From Octopus sinensis (Eukaryota): a stretch of DNA of 64,000 nucleotides. The notes under the pieces were generated by a model. The model was not told the DNA's origin. It saw nothing but the letters and a program-made list of their open reading frames with translations, and ran no database searches. How positions within the stretch are numbered: the first letter of the stretch is position 1; every line of letters starts with the position of its first letter. Of this stretch, positions 12,240 to 24,699 are shown piece by piece. The DNA is taken from contig NC_043004.1 of the NCBI RefSeq assembly GCF_006345805.1, positions 682,001-746,000 of the forward strand, given 5' to 3'. The position numbers were made by a program, and so were the translations under genes.

Positions 12240-12680
12240 GGCCGCTGGAGCACGCTTTTGTACTCCAATGGAATCATTTATTGGTCACCGACCCGTGTTA
12301 TTACAGATCAATTCGTGATAAGCGGAACACAGTTCGCAATTGGCGTAACATTTTATCCCGGATCAGTGATGAACGAGGATACAATGAACGATGATAGTTC
12401 ATGTGGGCTAGTTTGTCTCTTCATTTGCTGAAGTTCTGCGGAGGGCCAGCAACCCGTCCAGAAGAACCAATCAACTTGTTACGACACCGACCAGAAGACA
12501 CTGGGCTCTCCAGCACCAGAACCAACCCATGCAGGCCCCCAACCAACGATAAATCAACTTGCGATACAGATGAGCTGGCACAGTACCACCACTGGTGGAT
12601 CTCATAGGCTCTACGCACGAGGACGCTTCTGGAACCATTAACCTGGGTTGACCTCCAACTCAATCGAACAAGAGTATGAT
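12240..12680 (+). mobile_element. Possible highly degraded Gypsy-like integrase C-terminal remnant
   Basis: Weak motifs across frames: TPMESFIGHRP (cf. SPAELxxGR), TNQL, LRTRTLLEPLTWVD; GC-richer than flanks. Confidence 0.3.
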
Positions 12681-12989
12681 TATTGTGTTACTATTGACGC
12701 GGATTATAATAATGTAAAAGATATCTTTGCAAGAAAATACTTTAGGCGAAAGAGGCTATTGTAGTTGCTGCATATATTTTTCATAAAACTTCATTTTTCT
12801 TTTCAGTTCACGTTTAATACGTAAAATAATACGTACTTTTTTTTATATCATATTCTCATTTGAAATGCAATACAGATTTATGGGTTTACTACGAAATATC
12901 CTTTCTAATTGTTTCGATTTAAATATAAGATTTTTACTTTGATCTTTAAATTCAAATTAACAATTATGCGCTTCCTTACACACTGTTTA

Positions 12990-13236
12990 TCTTTTATGTT
13001 TTATCTTTTACTTGCGTCAGTTATTTGACTTCGGCCATGATGGGGCACCACATGGAAGAAATTTTAGTCGAACGTATCGACCTCGGTGATTATTTTTCAC
13101 AGCATATTACTTATTCTATCTGTCTTTTTACCGAAATGCTAAGTGACGGGGGACGTAAACACCAACACCAGTTGTGAAGTGGACAAGCACAGACACAAAG
13201 ACACACACACACACACACACACATATGAATGTATGA

Positions 13237-13267
<31 letters not shown>

Positions 13268-13293
13268 TGTATGTATGTATGTATGTATGTATG

Positions 13294-13356
<63 letters not shown>

Positions 13357-13515
13357 GCCACGCTTCTTTCAGTTTCCGTTTACCAAATCCACCCACTAGG
13401 CCTTGGTGGGCTTGCGGCTATAGTAGAAGATATTTGCCCAAAGTGCCACGCAGTGGGGTTGAACCCAGAACCATGTGGTTGCGACGCAAACTTCCTACCA
13501 CACAGCTACGCCTTT
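12990..13515 (-). mobile_element. SINE family A with expanded internal microsatellite
   Basis: Family blocks on both sides of (CA)n(GTAT)n(AT)n at 13200-13355. Confidence 0.8.
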
Positions 13516-13719
13516 ACACATCTATTTTGAATAGAAAACAAAACGGTAGAATAAATGTGAGATTACTTAATAGGTGTCCTAATATCTCTTGTTTATGTAT
13601 TCGCACCCGATCAGTTTAGAACCTGGTTATATCCCTGATACAGTTACGATCAAGTTGAAAAAAGATGCAATAAAAAAGAAATGAGTTTCGAAGTGCGTGT
13701 TAGAGTGTTATCCTTTATC

Positions 13720-14110
13720 CCTTGTCTTTTAATTTAAGTTTGTTTCAAAAATTGGACTACAGCCATGCTGGGGCACCGCCTTCAAGGGTTCAGTCAAACA
13801 AATCAACATCAGTGCTTATTTTTGAAGTTTTGTACTTATTTACATCCGTCTCTTTTGGTGAACCGTTAAGTTACGGGGACATAAACAAACGAACACTAGT
13901 TGTCAAGCAGTGTAGAAGAGACAAACACAGACACAAAGACACACACACACACATATACGTATGTACGATGAGTTTCCACACAGCTTCCATTTCTAAATTC
14001 ACTTACAAGGTATTGATCGGCCTGAGAATATAGCTTAAGGTGTGCTCAGTGGGACTGAACCAGAAACTACGTGGTTGCAATGCAAGTGTTTTAACCGCAC
14101 AACCATGAGC
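13720..14110 (-). mobile_element. SINE family A (diverged)
   Basis: CCATGCTGGGGCACCGCC...AACCGTTAAGTTACGGGGAC...GGGACTGAACCAGAAAC. Confidence 0.8.
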
Positions 14111-14454
14111 GAACTGTTTCCGTCGCCATCTTATTATGATATATGTTATTACGAAACGAAACGTTCATGTTCTTGTTTGCTGTATTTGACACCCAAGTAA
14201 TATTTGAGTCTAATATTGCCGCCCCTTCTGAGCTGTTAAAGTAATAAACTTTTCAAACAATATTTGTGTTAAATGAAGTCTGTTCTGTTCTGTGTTTTAA
14301 ATGTCTTAATTTATTTTGTTGCCCTCAAGACGTAAAGAAAGAAGAAAAGAAAAACAGAAAGCAGATCAATTGTGGAAAGATCTTTGTCTTATTTTCTGTC
14401 TCTTTCAAACCAAAATATCGAATTTACTTAGAAACCAACAATTATCAAATACTG

Positions 14455-14690
14455 TCTTTTATCTTTTAATTGTTCCAGGAAGTCGACTGCAGCCAACGCG
14501 GAACACCGCATTGGTGGCTTTATTCGAACAAATCGACCCTGCTTCTTATTTTTTCAAGTTTGGTACTTATAATATCGGACGCATATTATGAATCGCTAAG
14601 TTACAAGGACATAAACAAACTAACACCACTTGTCAAGCAGTGTAGGGACAAACACACACACACGAGCGTGTGTGTGAGGGTGTATAAATC
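14455..14690 (-). mobile_element. SINE family A, 3' half (diverged)
   Basis: CAAATCGACCC...CGCTAAGTTAC...TTGTCAAGC. Confidence 0.65.
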
Positions 14691-14984
14691 TATATAGTAA
14701 ACATACAAACTAAGAAAGTCTACCTGTTTCTCCGTAGATTGAAAGAAAAAATATTGAATAACTTTAATCAATTTTCGATCCTTATTGGGGTCTCATCAGA
14801 GGTGTTTGCATCACTTGTCCAATCCCATAGAAACAAGTAACCAATCTATTCATATAGATATCAAACCCAATAGATTAAGAGAACCATTGCTACAAATTTG
14901 CATGCTGTTAGTGTTTACGATTGTATTTAATGTCAGCGGCCTGTCAACGGGGATCTAAGTTCACACAGTGTCAAGGTATGATAA

Positions 14985-15195
14985 TATAATCTTTTCTACT
15001 GTAGGCGCAAGGCCTGAAATTTAAAGGAGAGGGATAGTCGGTTACCAGTGTTTCACTGGTACTGAACTTATCGACCCCAAAAGGATGGAAGGCAAAGTCG
15101 CCCTCGGCGGAATTTGAACTCAGAACGTAACGGCAGAGGAAATACTGCTAAGCATTTCGTCCGGCGTTCTAATGATTCTGCCAGCTCGCCGCTTT
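14985..15195 (-). mobile_element. SINE family B
   Basis: ATCGACCCCAAAAGGATGGAAGGCAAAGTCG..CTCGGCGGAATTTGAACTCAGAACG...GATTCTGCCAGCTCGCCGC. Confidence 0.85.
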
Positions 15196-15835
15196 CAGGT
15201 ATAATATTATGTAAACCTACGTGGTAAATATACAAACCTGGGAAATTCAACAATTTCTCCGTCACTTGAAAAACTGATTTATAGCCTTAATTTATTTTCA
15301 ACTCATAGGAGTATATTCATATGAATAATCATAGACTGAAAGAGAGAACTAAAGTTAGACAGATTCAAATGGAAATCACTTTTAAGTGTATCTCTACAGA
15401 ATTTCGATAGAGTTTAGAGCCAACGCTGAAAATTACGACGTTTCGTATGCGACAAATAAGTCTATGTAAACGTTGTTACTTTCAATACTGTCTCTAAATT
15501 CAATAGAAAATCTGTAGAGATGCACTTATAACTTAAACGTGATTGTATCGCTCTGCTAACACAGACAGGACACACTATTGACTTATAGGTTGTTGATATA
15601 CATTGTGGTGTGCTATGGTTGTAAAACGAAAGACAGTGTCCCCACCAGCGATGAATAAACTGAAATATTGTTATAAGAAACAATTGTAAGTTTAGTTTTG
15701 TAAGGTATAATTACGTTGCCTTGTTTTGCGCAACGTCTCTGAAAACAAGATCAGAAAGTGAATAAGAGTTTAGTTTCCAGAAATGATTTAGTGTGTAGCG
15801 CAGTCATTTTAAATTTATTTCCCTTTGACTTTTGC

Positions 15836-16200
15836 TGGCGTGGATGTGTGTTTACGGCCACCTGGTTTCGTGTTCAGTCCCACTGCGCCGCACCTAGGGC
15901 AAGTGTCTTCTACATTTATCCCGGGCCGATAAATGCTTTGTGAATGAATTTAGTAGACGGAAACTGTCTGGAAGCCCATCGCATACATGTCTATGTGTAT
16001 GTTTTGTTTGTTTGTTTCTACACCATTGCTTGACAACTGGTTTTGGATTGTTTGCGTCTCTATAACTTAGCGGTTCAGAAAAAAGTCTGACAGAACAAGT
16101 ACCAGACTTGTACTGGGCTCGCCTTCTTCGACTAAACCCTTCAAGGCAGTGCTCCAGTATGGTCGCAGTCCAATGACTAAAACAAGTAAACAAAAAAAAA
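15836..16200 (+). mobile_element. SINE family A (diverged)
   Basis: GTTCAGTCCCACTGCG...CTTGACAACTGG...CTTAGCGGTTC...GCTCCAGTATGGTCGCAGTCCAATGACT. Confidence 0.8.
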
Positions 16201-17264
16201 ATATACGACTAAAACAGGTTCAATACAATTTTTCCGTAAGATGCCCAAATCTAACTTTTTTCCATTTAAGTCCCTTGAATAAACCCTAAAATATTACTGG
16301 TACTTAATTGTTGGACTTCGTAAAGTTGAAAGACAATTGTTTACATTGGTGCGATATTGAAGTACCAAGATACGAAATATCTAAACCAATACTCTACTTT
16401 CTTAACCAGACTATCATCTCCTTTATTCCCTCAAGATTATTGCAGCACGTGATTCTTTTATTCTTTTGTTCTTTTACTTGTTTCAGTCATTTGACTGCGG
16501 CCATGCTGGAGCACCGCCTTTATATTCGCGATGCTCGTAATAAATGAAAGTCGATATACGAGTGCATATATATATATATATATATATATTATTCCAAATG
16601 ATGTTAAGGATCAATTGGATTTATTATTTTTCATAACTAGAATGATTTTGAAGGAGTTAGATAATATCACTGGTCGATGTCTCATTTACGCATGCGCCTA
16701 GAGACGGCAATTCTATTGTAATATTAATAATGATGGCTGACATTGTATGTAACACACAGTCAATGATTTCTTTAGTATAGGAAAAACTGTTCGGCAAGAA
16801 GCTGTCTATAGAAGCAGGACAGAAATCAATCATATAAATTCGATAGGGAAACAGACAAATTCTAGATTCCTTCTTCATATCTCTCCTAGCCGAACCACTC
16901 TATATCATTAAACCATGCATATTTCATGAAAGAGAATCGCTAAAGTTCTGCTAGTATACTCAATCGACTAGACATAGTTTAGTTACAATTACTCGGTATA
17001 TTATTAAAAATTGCAGCCGACCCATTCGATAGGCTATCACTTCTCATTCAGCTCCTGTCCTAACCTGTTCCAGACATTCCATTATGTTCGTTGAACCACG
17101 AGAAATTAATGAAGAAATTCAATACTGTCTCTCGCTTCAAATGAAAATTGAAGATTCTTCACAAACTTCTCAACTTTACGTACCTACACATTTGCAACAT
17201 GACTGCCAATCTTTGTGTTGAAGTAATCGAGTGAAAAGATTGATGAACAAATAATGCTAAATAT

Positions 17265-17640
17265 AGGCGTGGCTGTATGGTAAGAAGCTTGCTTCTCAAT
17301 GACATAGTTCCGGGTTCAGTCCTACTGCCTGGCACCTTGAGCAAGTGTCTTCTAGTATAGACCCGGGCCGGCCAAAGCCTTGTGAATGGATTTGGTAGAT
17401 GGAAACTGAAAGAAGCCCATCATATGTATATATATGTTTGTCCCTCACACCGAGTGACAGCCGGTGTTGGTTTGTTTATATCCTCGTAACTTAGCTTTTC
17501 GGCAATAATAAACGATATAATAAATATCAGGCTTTAAAAATTGAGTACTGGGGTCGATTTATTTGGATAAACCCTTCGAGATGATGCCCCAGCATGGCCA
17601 CAGTCCAACAACTGAAATAAGTGAAAGCAATAAAAGAGAT
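17265..17640 (+). mobile_element. SINE family A
   Basis: GGCGTGGCTGTATGGTAAGAAGCTTGC...CCCCAGCATGGCCACAGTC. Confidence 0.85.
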
Positions 17641-17719
17641 AACCGTTCGAAGCCAACGAAGGAACCTGTGCATAGACGCTTGACCATTTAGAAATAGCAA
17701 CAGAAACGTAAGTACTGTC

Positions 17720-17932
17720 TCGAGTCGTAGGAGTCGGAAGGCCGGTTACCCTTGACTGAGATCACAACATTTCGCCAGAACGGGGGAGGGCCAGTCCGTT
17801 GCAGGGTTATTCTTTTACAGTTGAGTGGACTGGAGTAATGTAAAATAAAGTGTTTTGCTGAAGAAAGCGATACAACACCCTTTCCGGGAATCGAAGGCGG
17901 TGAACTGGCAGAAACGTTAGCACGCCGGGCGA

Positions 17933-17971
<39 letters not shown>

Positions 17972-18195
17972 CATAATGATTCTTTCTACTTAAGACACAA
18001 TGCCTGAAACTTCGAAGAAGGGAACTAGTCGGTTACATCGACCCCAGTGCTGAACTGATACTTATTTCATCGACCCCGAAAGGATGAAAGGCAAAGTCGA
18101 CGCCGCGGAATTTGAAGTCAGAACGTAGTGGTAGGCAAAATAACGCTAAGCACTTCGACCGGTGCGCTATCGATTCTGCCAGTTCGCCGCCTGAA
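17720..18195. mobile_element. Cluster: SINE C remnant (17720-17890, minus), SINE B head (17895-17935, plus), (AAT)n, SINE B (17985-18195, minus)
   Basis: Family-diagnostic blocks as in other copies. Confidence 0.7.
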
Positions 18196-18221
18196 TAATA
18201 ATAATAATAATAATTATAATG

Positions 18222-18278
<57 letters not shown>

Positions 18279-18279
18279 T

Positions 18280-18325
18280 ATTTTACCCCAATGTCACTTT
18301 GATGGCATGAACTGCTCTCTCACTC

Positions 18326-18330
<5 letters not shown>
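18280..18330 (+). mobile_element. 50-bp 3'-terminal fragment of repeat X inside (AAT)n
   Basis: TTTTACCCCAATGTCACTTTGATGGCATGAACTGCTCTCTCACTC(AAT)n matches the 3' ends at about 40555-40600 and 43640-43685. Confidence 0.8.
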
Positions 18331-18386
<56 letters not shown>

Positions 18387-18795
18387 GTTGTCATAGGTGC
18401 CCTGGGAATGATAGCGAAAGGGACTAATTGCTACCTAACTCAGATACCAGGAAACCCCAAAATGGCAGAAATTCAAAAGATAGTGCTCATGGGAACTGCT
18501 CATATCCTACGCAAAATACTCTCTATGTAATCCCAAGGTTTAAAACAAACTTTTATTTATTTATTTATTCTATTTTATTTTATTTATTTATTTATTTATT
18601 TATTTTATTTTATTTTATTTATTTATTTATTTATTTTTATTTTATTTTATTTTTATGTATTAGACATTCACTAGTACAACACACACAAAAAAAACCCCAA
18701 ATATATGGCACAGAACTTCCAACCTGTTGTCTCTTGAGGTCTCTGGGTGAGACTTGGAGCCAACTTGTACAGACATAAAGCAAAAGTCAAACATA

Positions 18796-18797
<2 letters not shown>
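18387..18797 (+). mobile_element. RLE-A 3' fragment (more diverged), flanked by (AAT)n, with an internal (TTTA)n expansion
   Basis: VVIGALGMIAKGTNCYLTQIPGNPKMAEIQKIVLMGTAHILRKILSM*; 3'UTR homologous to 924-1112. Confidence 0.88.
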
Positions 18798-18841
<44 letters not shown>

Positions 18842-18849
18842 TAATAATA

Positions 18850-19070
18850 ATAATGGCATCAAATTTTAGCACTAGGCCAGCAAGTTTGGGGTGGGATGAA
18901 TCAATTACATCAACCGCAGAGTTCAATTGATAGTTATTTTATCGACCCTAAAAGGATAAAATGCATAGTCGACTTCGGCAGAATTCGAACCCAGGACGTT
19001 AAACCGGAAGAAATACCGCTAAACATTTTGTCCCCGTGCTAATGATTCTACTAGCTTGTTGCTCTACTGC
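18850..19070 (-). mobile_element. SINE family B (diverged)
   Basis: ATCGACCCTAAAAGGATAAA...GTCGACTTCGGCAGAATTCGAACCCAGGACG. Confidence 0.75.
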
Positions 19071-19349
19071 CCCACATATATTGCTTTGAAATGAAATGTG
19101 AATCAGACACACCATCCGTCAATGTACAAATTGCTCTTTGTAATGCTTTAACTAGAACACAACCTTCAATAACTATTCTCATTATGAATAAGTGATACTT
19201 GATAATGTCATAAATAATATATGTGTAATATGTTAACAGTATCTAATAGTATCAAATGACCCGATGTTCCTATCTGATATCCAGATATTTGGTTTAATTT
19301 CTCTGATACTTTGTTGGTGTTCAGGTTTTGCTAAATAACGGAGCTTTTT

Positions 19350-19812
19350 ATTATTTATCTTTTACTTTTTAATTCAGAGGAGTGCGGCCATACTGGGGCA
19401 TCGCATTGATAGGCTTAATCGAACAAATCGGCTTACGTTTTAGGTTTGGTACTGATTTATCGGTTCTTTTTGCTGAACCGCTAAGTTATAGGAATAAGCC
19501 TGTTATCAAGCGCGCGCGCACACACACACATATATTCGCACGCATGGACACTCAAACACACACACATACACACATACACACACACACACGCATACACACA
19601 CATACACACATATACACACACATATACACATATATATTTGTATATACGGTGAGTTTCCACAGTTTTTGTCCACCAAATTCACTAACAAGACCTTAGTCGA
19701 CCTGGGGCTACAGCAGAAGATATTTGCTCAAGGTGCCGCGCAGTGGGACCGAACCCTAAACCACGTGATTACAAAGCAAGTTTCTTAGCCACACAGTCAT
19801 TCATGCGCCTCC
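19350..19812 (-). mobile_element. SINE family A (diverged)
   Basis: Family blocks around an internal (CA)n. Confidence 0.75.
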
Positions 19813-20301
19813 ACGTTGAATATATTTCCCCAGATGTTAATGTTCTTGTCTTCCTATGATAAAAGACACTCCAACTTTGACATTCTCGTCTTTTTCCAAG
19901 TCAGGAATAATATAATTTTATCTATCCTTTTTTTAAAGACAGTTATCTGTGATTTAATGGAGATACGGTTATTTCTAGTAAGTCAAATGGTTACAAACTG
20001 ACTCCCCTTCTTTATATATGGTTCGCTGACTTAGTTATTTTTCAGCCGATTAGTTTAAAGCAGAGAAAAACTTCGGGTAGTAACGTCTCCAAACATAACA
20101 AGGTGAACATAGAGATAGGCTTGTCCATCTTTTCACTATCGTGCCAGAATGTATCTCATTTAGCCATTTTCGTATTTGCCTGAAGTGGAAGAACATAAAG
20201 ATCAACTCGACGAAGCTTCTCTCAATGGAATTGCTTCCCCACCATTTTCCCCTCCGCTTGCCCTTTTCACTTTCACCCGGTCTTTCTACTTCTTTCTCCA
20301 C

Positions 20302-20334
20302 TATCCGAAGAAAGACAATATCCGAAACGTCATG
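20302..20334 (+). ncRNA. Degenerate minimal hammerhead-like motif (CCGAAGA-A-stem II-GAAACGUC) in a probable Penelope-like pLTR remnant
   Basis: UAU-CCGAAGA-A-AGACAAUAUCC-GAAA-CG-UC-AUG; pyrimidine-rich upstream and downstream context resembles the 21490 and 35270 copies. Confidence 0.4.
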
Positions 20335-20443
20335 CCCATAAACTCTATCTCTTCTCCGAGCAACAGACTAATACCACTGACAGTGAAATTCTCTCATCGT
20401 TTTGTTGATTTTGTATTTTGTTTTATATTTTTGCCTTTCGCAG

Positions 20444-20536
<93 letters not shown>

Positions 20537-20577
20537 GTCTGTCTGTCTGTCTGTCTATCTGTCTGTCTGTTTGTCTG

Positions 20578-20890
20578 TGTTTACGGGGACGTAAACACAC
20601 TACCATCGGTTGTCAAGCGAGACTGGGGACAAACACACACGCATATGTATGCATGCATGTATGTATATAAATATATGTGTGTATACACAATCTCTCTCTC
20701 TCCCTCTCTCTCTCTCTCACACACACACACATACGATGGGCTTCTTTCGGTTTCCGTATACTAAATCCACTCACAATGCTTTGGTCACCCCGAGGCTTTA
20801 GCAGAAGACACTTGCCTAAGGTGTTACGTAGTGAGACAGAACCCGGAACCATGTGGTTGGGAAGCAAGCTTCTCACCATATAGCCATATA
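20578..20890 (-). mobile_element. SINE family A, 5' two-thirds
   Basis: ACGGGGACGTAAACAC...GTTGTCAAGCG...AACCCGGAACCATGTGGTTGGGAAGCAAGC. Confidence 0.85.
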
Positions 20891-20942
20891 TATGTATGTG
20901 TGTGTATGTGTGTGTGTGTGTGTGTGTGTTGTGTGTGAGTGT

Positions 20943-20980
<38 letters not shown>

Positions 20981-21439
20981 ACAACGCAAACGTATCGTGT
21001 TTTTTGTTACTTTCTTCTTGCTGCACCGCAATACACTTGCACAAAAAAATGAAACACTCCTCCAATTTAGCAATTTCACTGTACATAAATGTAAGTACTT
21101 ATATTCTAGATATTCTAGATATTATCATGGAGAGAGAGAGAGAGAGGGAGAGAGAGAGAGAGGGAGAGAGAGGGGAGAGGGAGAGAGAGTTGATTACTCT
21201 ATTGTTCTGTTTCTCATCACCATGGATCAAATTGGAAAATAGGCTTTTTTTAATGAAATTTTGCAAATGAGTTATGAAAGATAGTATTACACAGTGAATG
21301 TTTCCATATTAATGGTATGTACTAAATAATCCACTGTATTTATTCTTATCCTCTAAAACGACCATCACCATTTCTTTTTTCACGAAATCAAGTAAGGTTT
21401 ATTTTAAAGTTTATCGCTTGTTTACGTCGCTTTAAAATA

Positions 21440-22080
21440 ATCTAACACGTGTTGTTTTCCTTCTTTGGACTTTTTTCCTTTCTTCTTTCCAACGAAGAGC
21501 TATGCTCGAAACATCAAGCTTTTTCATTTCACCGAACGTGAAGCTGATACATTCATTGTGCACGTCCTCTTCTTGCCTGTTAATTTTAATATTCATTCGT
21601 TTGAATTGATTGTTTATTTGAATCGACTGTTTACACACCCGTCTTCGTCTTTTCTGTTTTTTTTTGTTGTAAATTCTCCCTATATATTACACGTTCACGT
21701 GGTCGCACTAGTTTTATCCTGTCTCCACCTCATAACACTTCGAGCTCTTCTTTGACTATTCTACCTGGATTCTCTACCTGGACATTCTTCTACTCTCTTA
21801 CACCTGGACTCTTACACTTCAGCTGCACCTCTCCTACCCATGGATTACACTGGACTCTTCCTTTGATGAGAAATCGCTCCAATACACCCCGACGTTTGAA
21901 CCTTTTGAACTTTTCTAAACTTTTTTGTATTTCTGTTTTTTCCCATTGTCGTTTCTCTCAATCCGCTAGCCAATAAACATTTTTCTATTTTCTCTCCCTG
22001 TTTATTTCTGTGTTCCTTTCTGTCGAAGAGCGTATGCTCGAAACGTAAAAGACTTTCTCACTTCCCGAGAGTTAAACTAT
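21440..22080 (+). mobile_element. Penelope-like element pLTR remnants with two hammerhead-like motifs (21485-21518 and 22016-22051)
   Basis: CUUU-CUGUCGA-A-GAGC-GUAU-GCUC-GAAA-CG-UA-AAAG and UUU-CCAACGA-A-GAGC-UAU-GCUC-GAAA-CA-UC-AAG. Confidence 0.55.
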
Positions 22081-22082
22081 TC

Positions 22083-22087
<5 letters not shown>

Positions 22088-22160
<73 letters not shown>

Positions 22161-22198
22161 TAATATATATACATATCTATACATACATACATACATAC

Positions 22199-22240
<42 letters not shown>

Positions 22241-22251
22241 CTATACATACA

Positions 22252-22297
<46 letters not shown>

Positions 22298-22308
22298 CAT
22301 ACATATAT

Positions 22309-22352
<44 letters not shown>

Positions 22353-22370
22353 TATATGCATATATATATA
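22088..22370. repeat. (TA)n/(ATAC)n microsatellite
   Basis: Direct reading. Confidence 0.95.
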
Positions 22371-22416
22371 GTGTTATTATTATTATTTTATTATTATTAT
22401 TATATTATTATCATTA

Positions 22417-22514
22417 GACCTGAAGGGTGGCTATATTTTTAAATAGTATTAATTTTAATAGTATCAATTTTATCATTATCGATTTAAAGATATAGTCACG
22501 AAACGTGCGTAGTC
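22417..22514 (+). ncRNA. Type I minimal hammerhead-like ribozyme motif with extended stem II
   Basis: GAC-CUGAAGG-GUGGCUAUA..(55 nt)..UAUAGUCAC-GAAA-CGUGCG-UA-GUC: 3-bp stem I, 9-bp stem II, GUA cleavage triplet; A9G core deviation. Confidence 0.6.
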
Positions 22515-22742
22515 AATTTAATGTTTATTTAATTGAGTGATTTTAAAAAATAATATTTATTATAATATATTAAAGTTTTTCTACATAATATAGATAATGT
22601 CTTTCACTATTGAATTACTGAATAGAGGTTATTTCTCTTAGTTATATAATACTATATATTGTGAAATTTGATTTAGAATTGCTCAATTGAATTTTTCCCC
22701 GTAAGTTTGTCATTATATTCCCTATCATTATTATTATTATTA

Positions 22743-22786
<44 letters not shown>

Positions 22787-23455
22787 TATTATTATTATTA
22801 TTATTATATATAATAGCAAAAGAAAAAAATCCTATATGCTGAACAATAGACTTTAGATCGGCCAACCACGTACAATATTAATCGTGTTCCTCGTTGATGA
22901 AGGAAGAATCCTTTCGGATTAATCCAGAAAACGGTCCGATTCAGGGATAACGGAATTAAAAAAAATTCTGTTAGCTTGTTTTCCGCATTTCAACACGCTG
23001 TGTATTTATAGTGAAAAATATTGCATGTGGTTAGACGATCTAAAATCTATTTTACAGCATATTGGCATAGACATTTTTTTTCCTTTTATCCTTGTTTATA
23101 ATTGTTTATAATTTTCCCCTTAAAGGGTATTTTAATATGCTGGCCACTGATAAGATATTTTTGAAACATTTTATCCTTATATTAGAAGTGTACACACACG
23201 CACGTGCGCGCGCATACACACACATTGTCAAATACAATTTGTATTTGACAAGTTCTAGAGAGGAACGAAAGCGCTAATAATAAATGAAGAAATAAAAGGA
23301 TTTTTTTCCAAAATCCTGACGACTTTTTTCTCAATATTCAATTCTGTACATCACACCTAACGTTATATATATATATATATATAGGCGCATGAGTGGCAGT
23401 GTGGATTTGGTAGACGAAAACTGAAAGAACCCATCGTATATATATATATATATAT

Positions 23456-23676
23456 TCAGATGAATATGGTACTTAAGTTAAAGGTACCAGAATTTAGTAT
23501 GGTATTATCCATATATTTAAAAAATGGGGTGATTATAATCAAAATAAGCAACAAGGATATCCAGGGGTAATGCAGTACGATCGTTTCATGCGACTCCATT
23601 TAATTGAAAACATTACATTCAATTAAATGGAGTCGCATGAACGATCGTACTGCATTACCCTTGGATATCCTTGTTG

Positions 23677-23681
<5 letters not shown>
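23456..23681 (-). mobile_element. (TA)n-flanked fold-back element: about 63-bp inverted arms plus about 90-nt one-sided extension
   Basis: Arms 23545-23608 and 23618-23680 differ by 1 mismatch and 1 indel; 9-nt loop; minus strand has GAAA-CGAUCG-UA (hammerhead 3' half). Confidence 0.75.
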
Positions 23682-23751
<70 letters not shown>

Positions 23752-24266
23752 GCCGAGTCATCTGTGTATCATAGTTAATCATTTAGCATTCCGATTACTC
23801 TATCAAAAGTTATGTTTGTTTATTCACGTTATTTTGAATTAGTCATGCGTCATCTCGTGGCTTCGAGATTTCGATTGTAGAGCTAGTGTGATTAACCAGA
23901 CGCAGCTGGTTAAAATAGGTAGAATATTTGGCTGATTTAAATACATCGTAAAAAAGCAAATTTACTGCTGTAGGAGACAGCTTACAAGCAATGGCATAGC
24001 TCATTTTTCAAATTTGACGCCTTTTCAGCAATTTTTTTAAAAACGTTTTAGTTCACTTCTGCGATAAAAGTCGAATCACTCCCTCTTTTATGTTAATCGC
24101 ATGGTATTGGAAGAACTGTCTGAACCGTTACTTATATGATCCAGCTCCCGTGTTCTTTGAGCTGTCTGCTCAATCTCGTGCGATGTGTTGATGGCCGCTG
24201 ACATCTGAAGAACCAAAACAAACCCTGACGTCATAACCTCTCGATACTGGGCGATCCCGGGAATTT

Positions 24267-24346
24267 TCTTCTTCTTCTTCTTCTTCTTCTTCTTCTTCTT
24301 CTTCTTCTTCTTCTTCTTCTTCTTCTTCTTCTTCTTCTTCTTCTTC
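24267..24346. repeat. (TTC)n microsatellite
   Basis: Direct reading. Confidence 0.95.
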
Positions 24347-24699
24347 AGTTACGTATATTATAACTAATGAAATATTTTGCGTAATATAACAGAAATGAGT
24401 TAAAAATCGCTATGTGTCGCGACACCTTTTTTTATGTACCTGCCTTTAAAACCTGACTATGCTACTGCTTATAAAACATGAAATTTGGCTCCTCTATTGT
24501 TTTCCTTGTGATATCTTATCGCCTGATACAGCATCCGTTCTCTCCGTAACAGCTGCTTTCCAGAAGTTCTTCAATATAAATTTCTTTATCGCCATAATGT
24601 CTTTCTTTCCAATATAAGCTGAAGCTAAATATCAAACGAACTTCATCCACCTCGAAAAGCTCCAAAAATAGCAGTTCCGAAAAGCTCCAAAAATAGCAG

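Noticed and set aside
23774-23945. Degenerate piggyBac-like MITE (TTAATCATTTAGCATTCCGATTACTC...)
   Set aside because: Resembles a remembered octopus repeat, but TIRs and the TTAA TSD cannot be shown from this window.
5834-24233. Two perfect CRE sites as proof of regulation
   Set aside because: Roughly one such 8-mer is expected by chance in 64 kb at this base composition; mentioned only as context.
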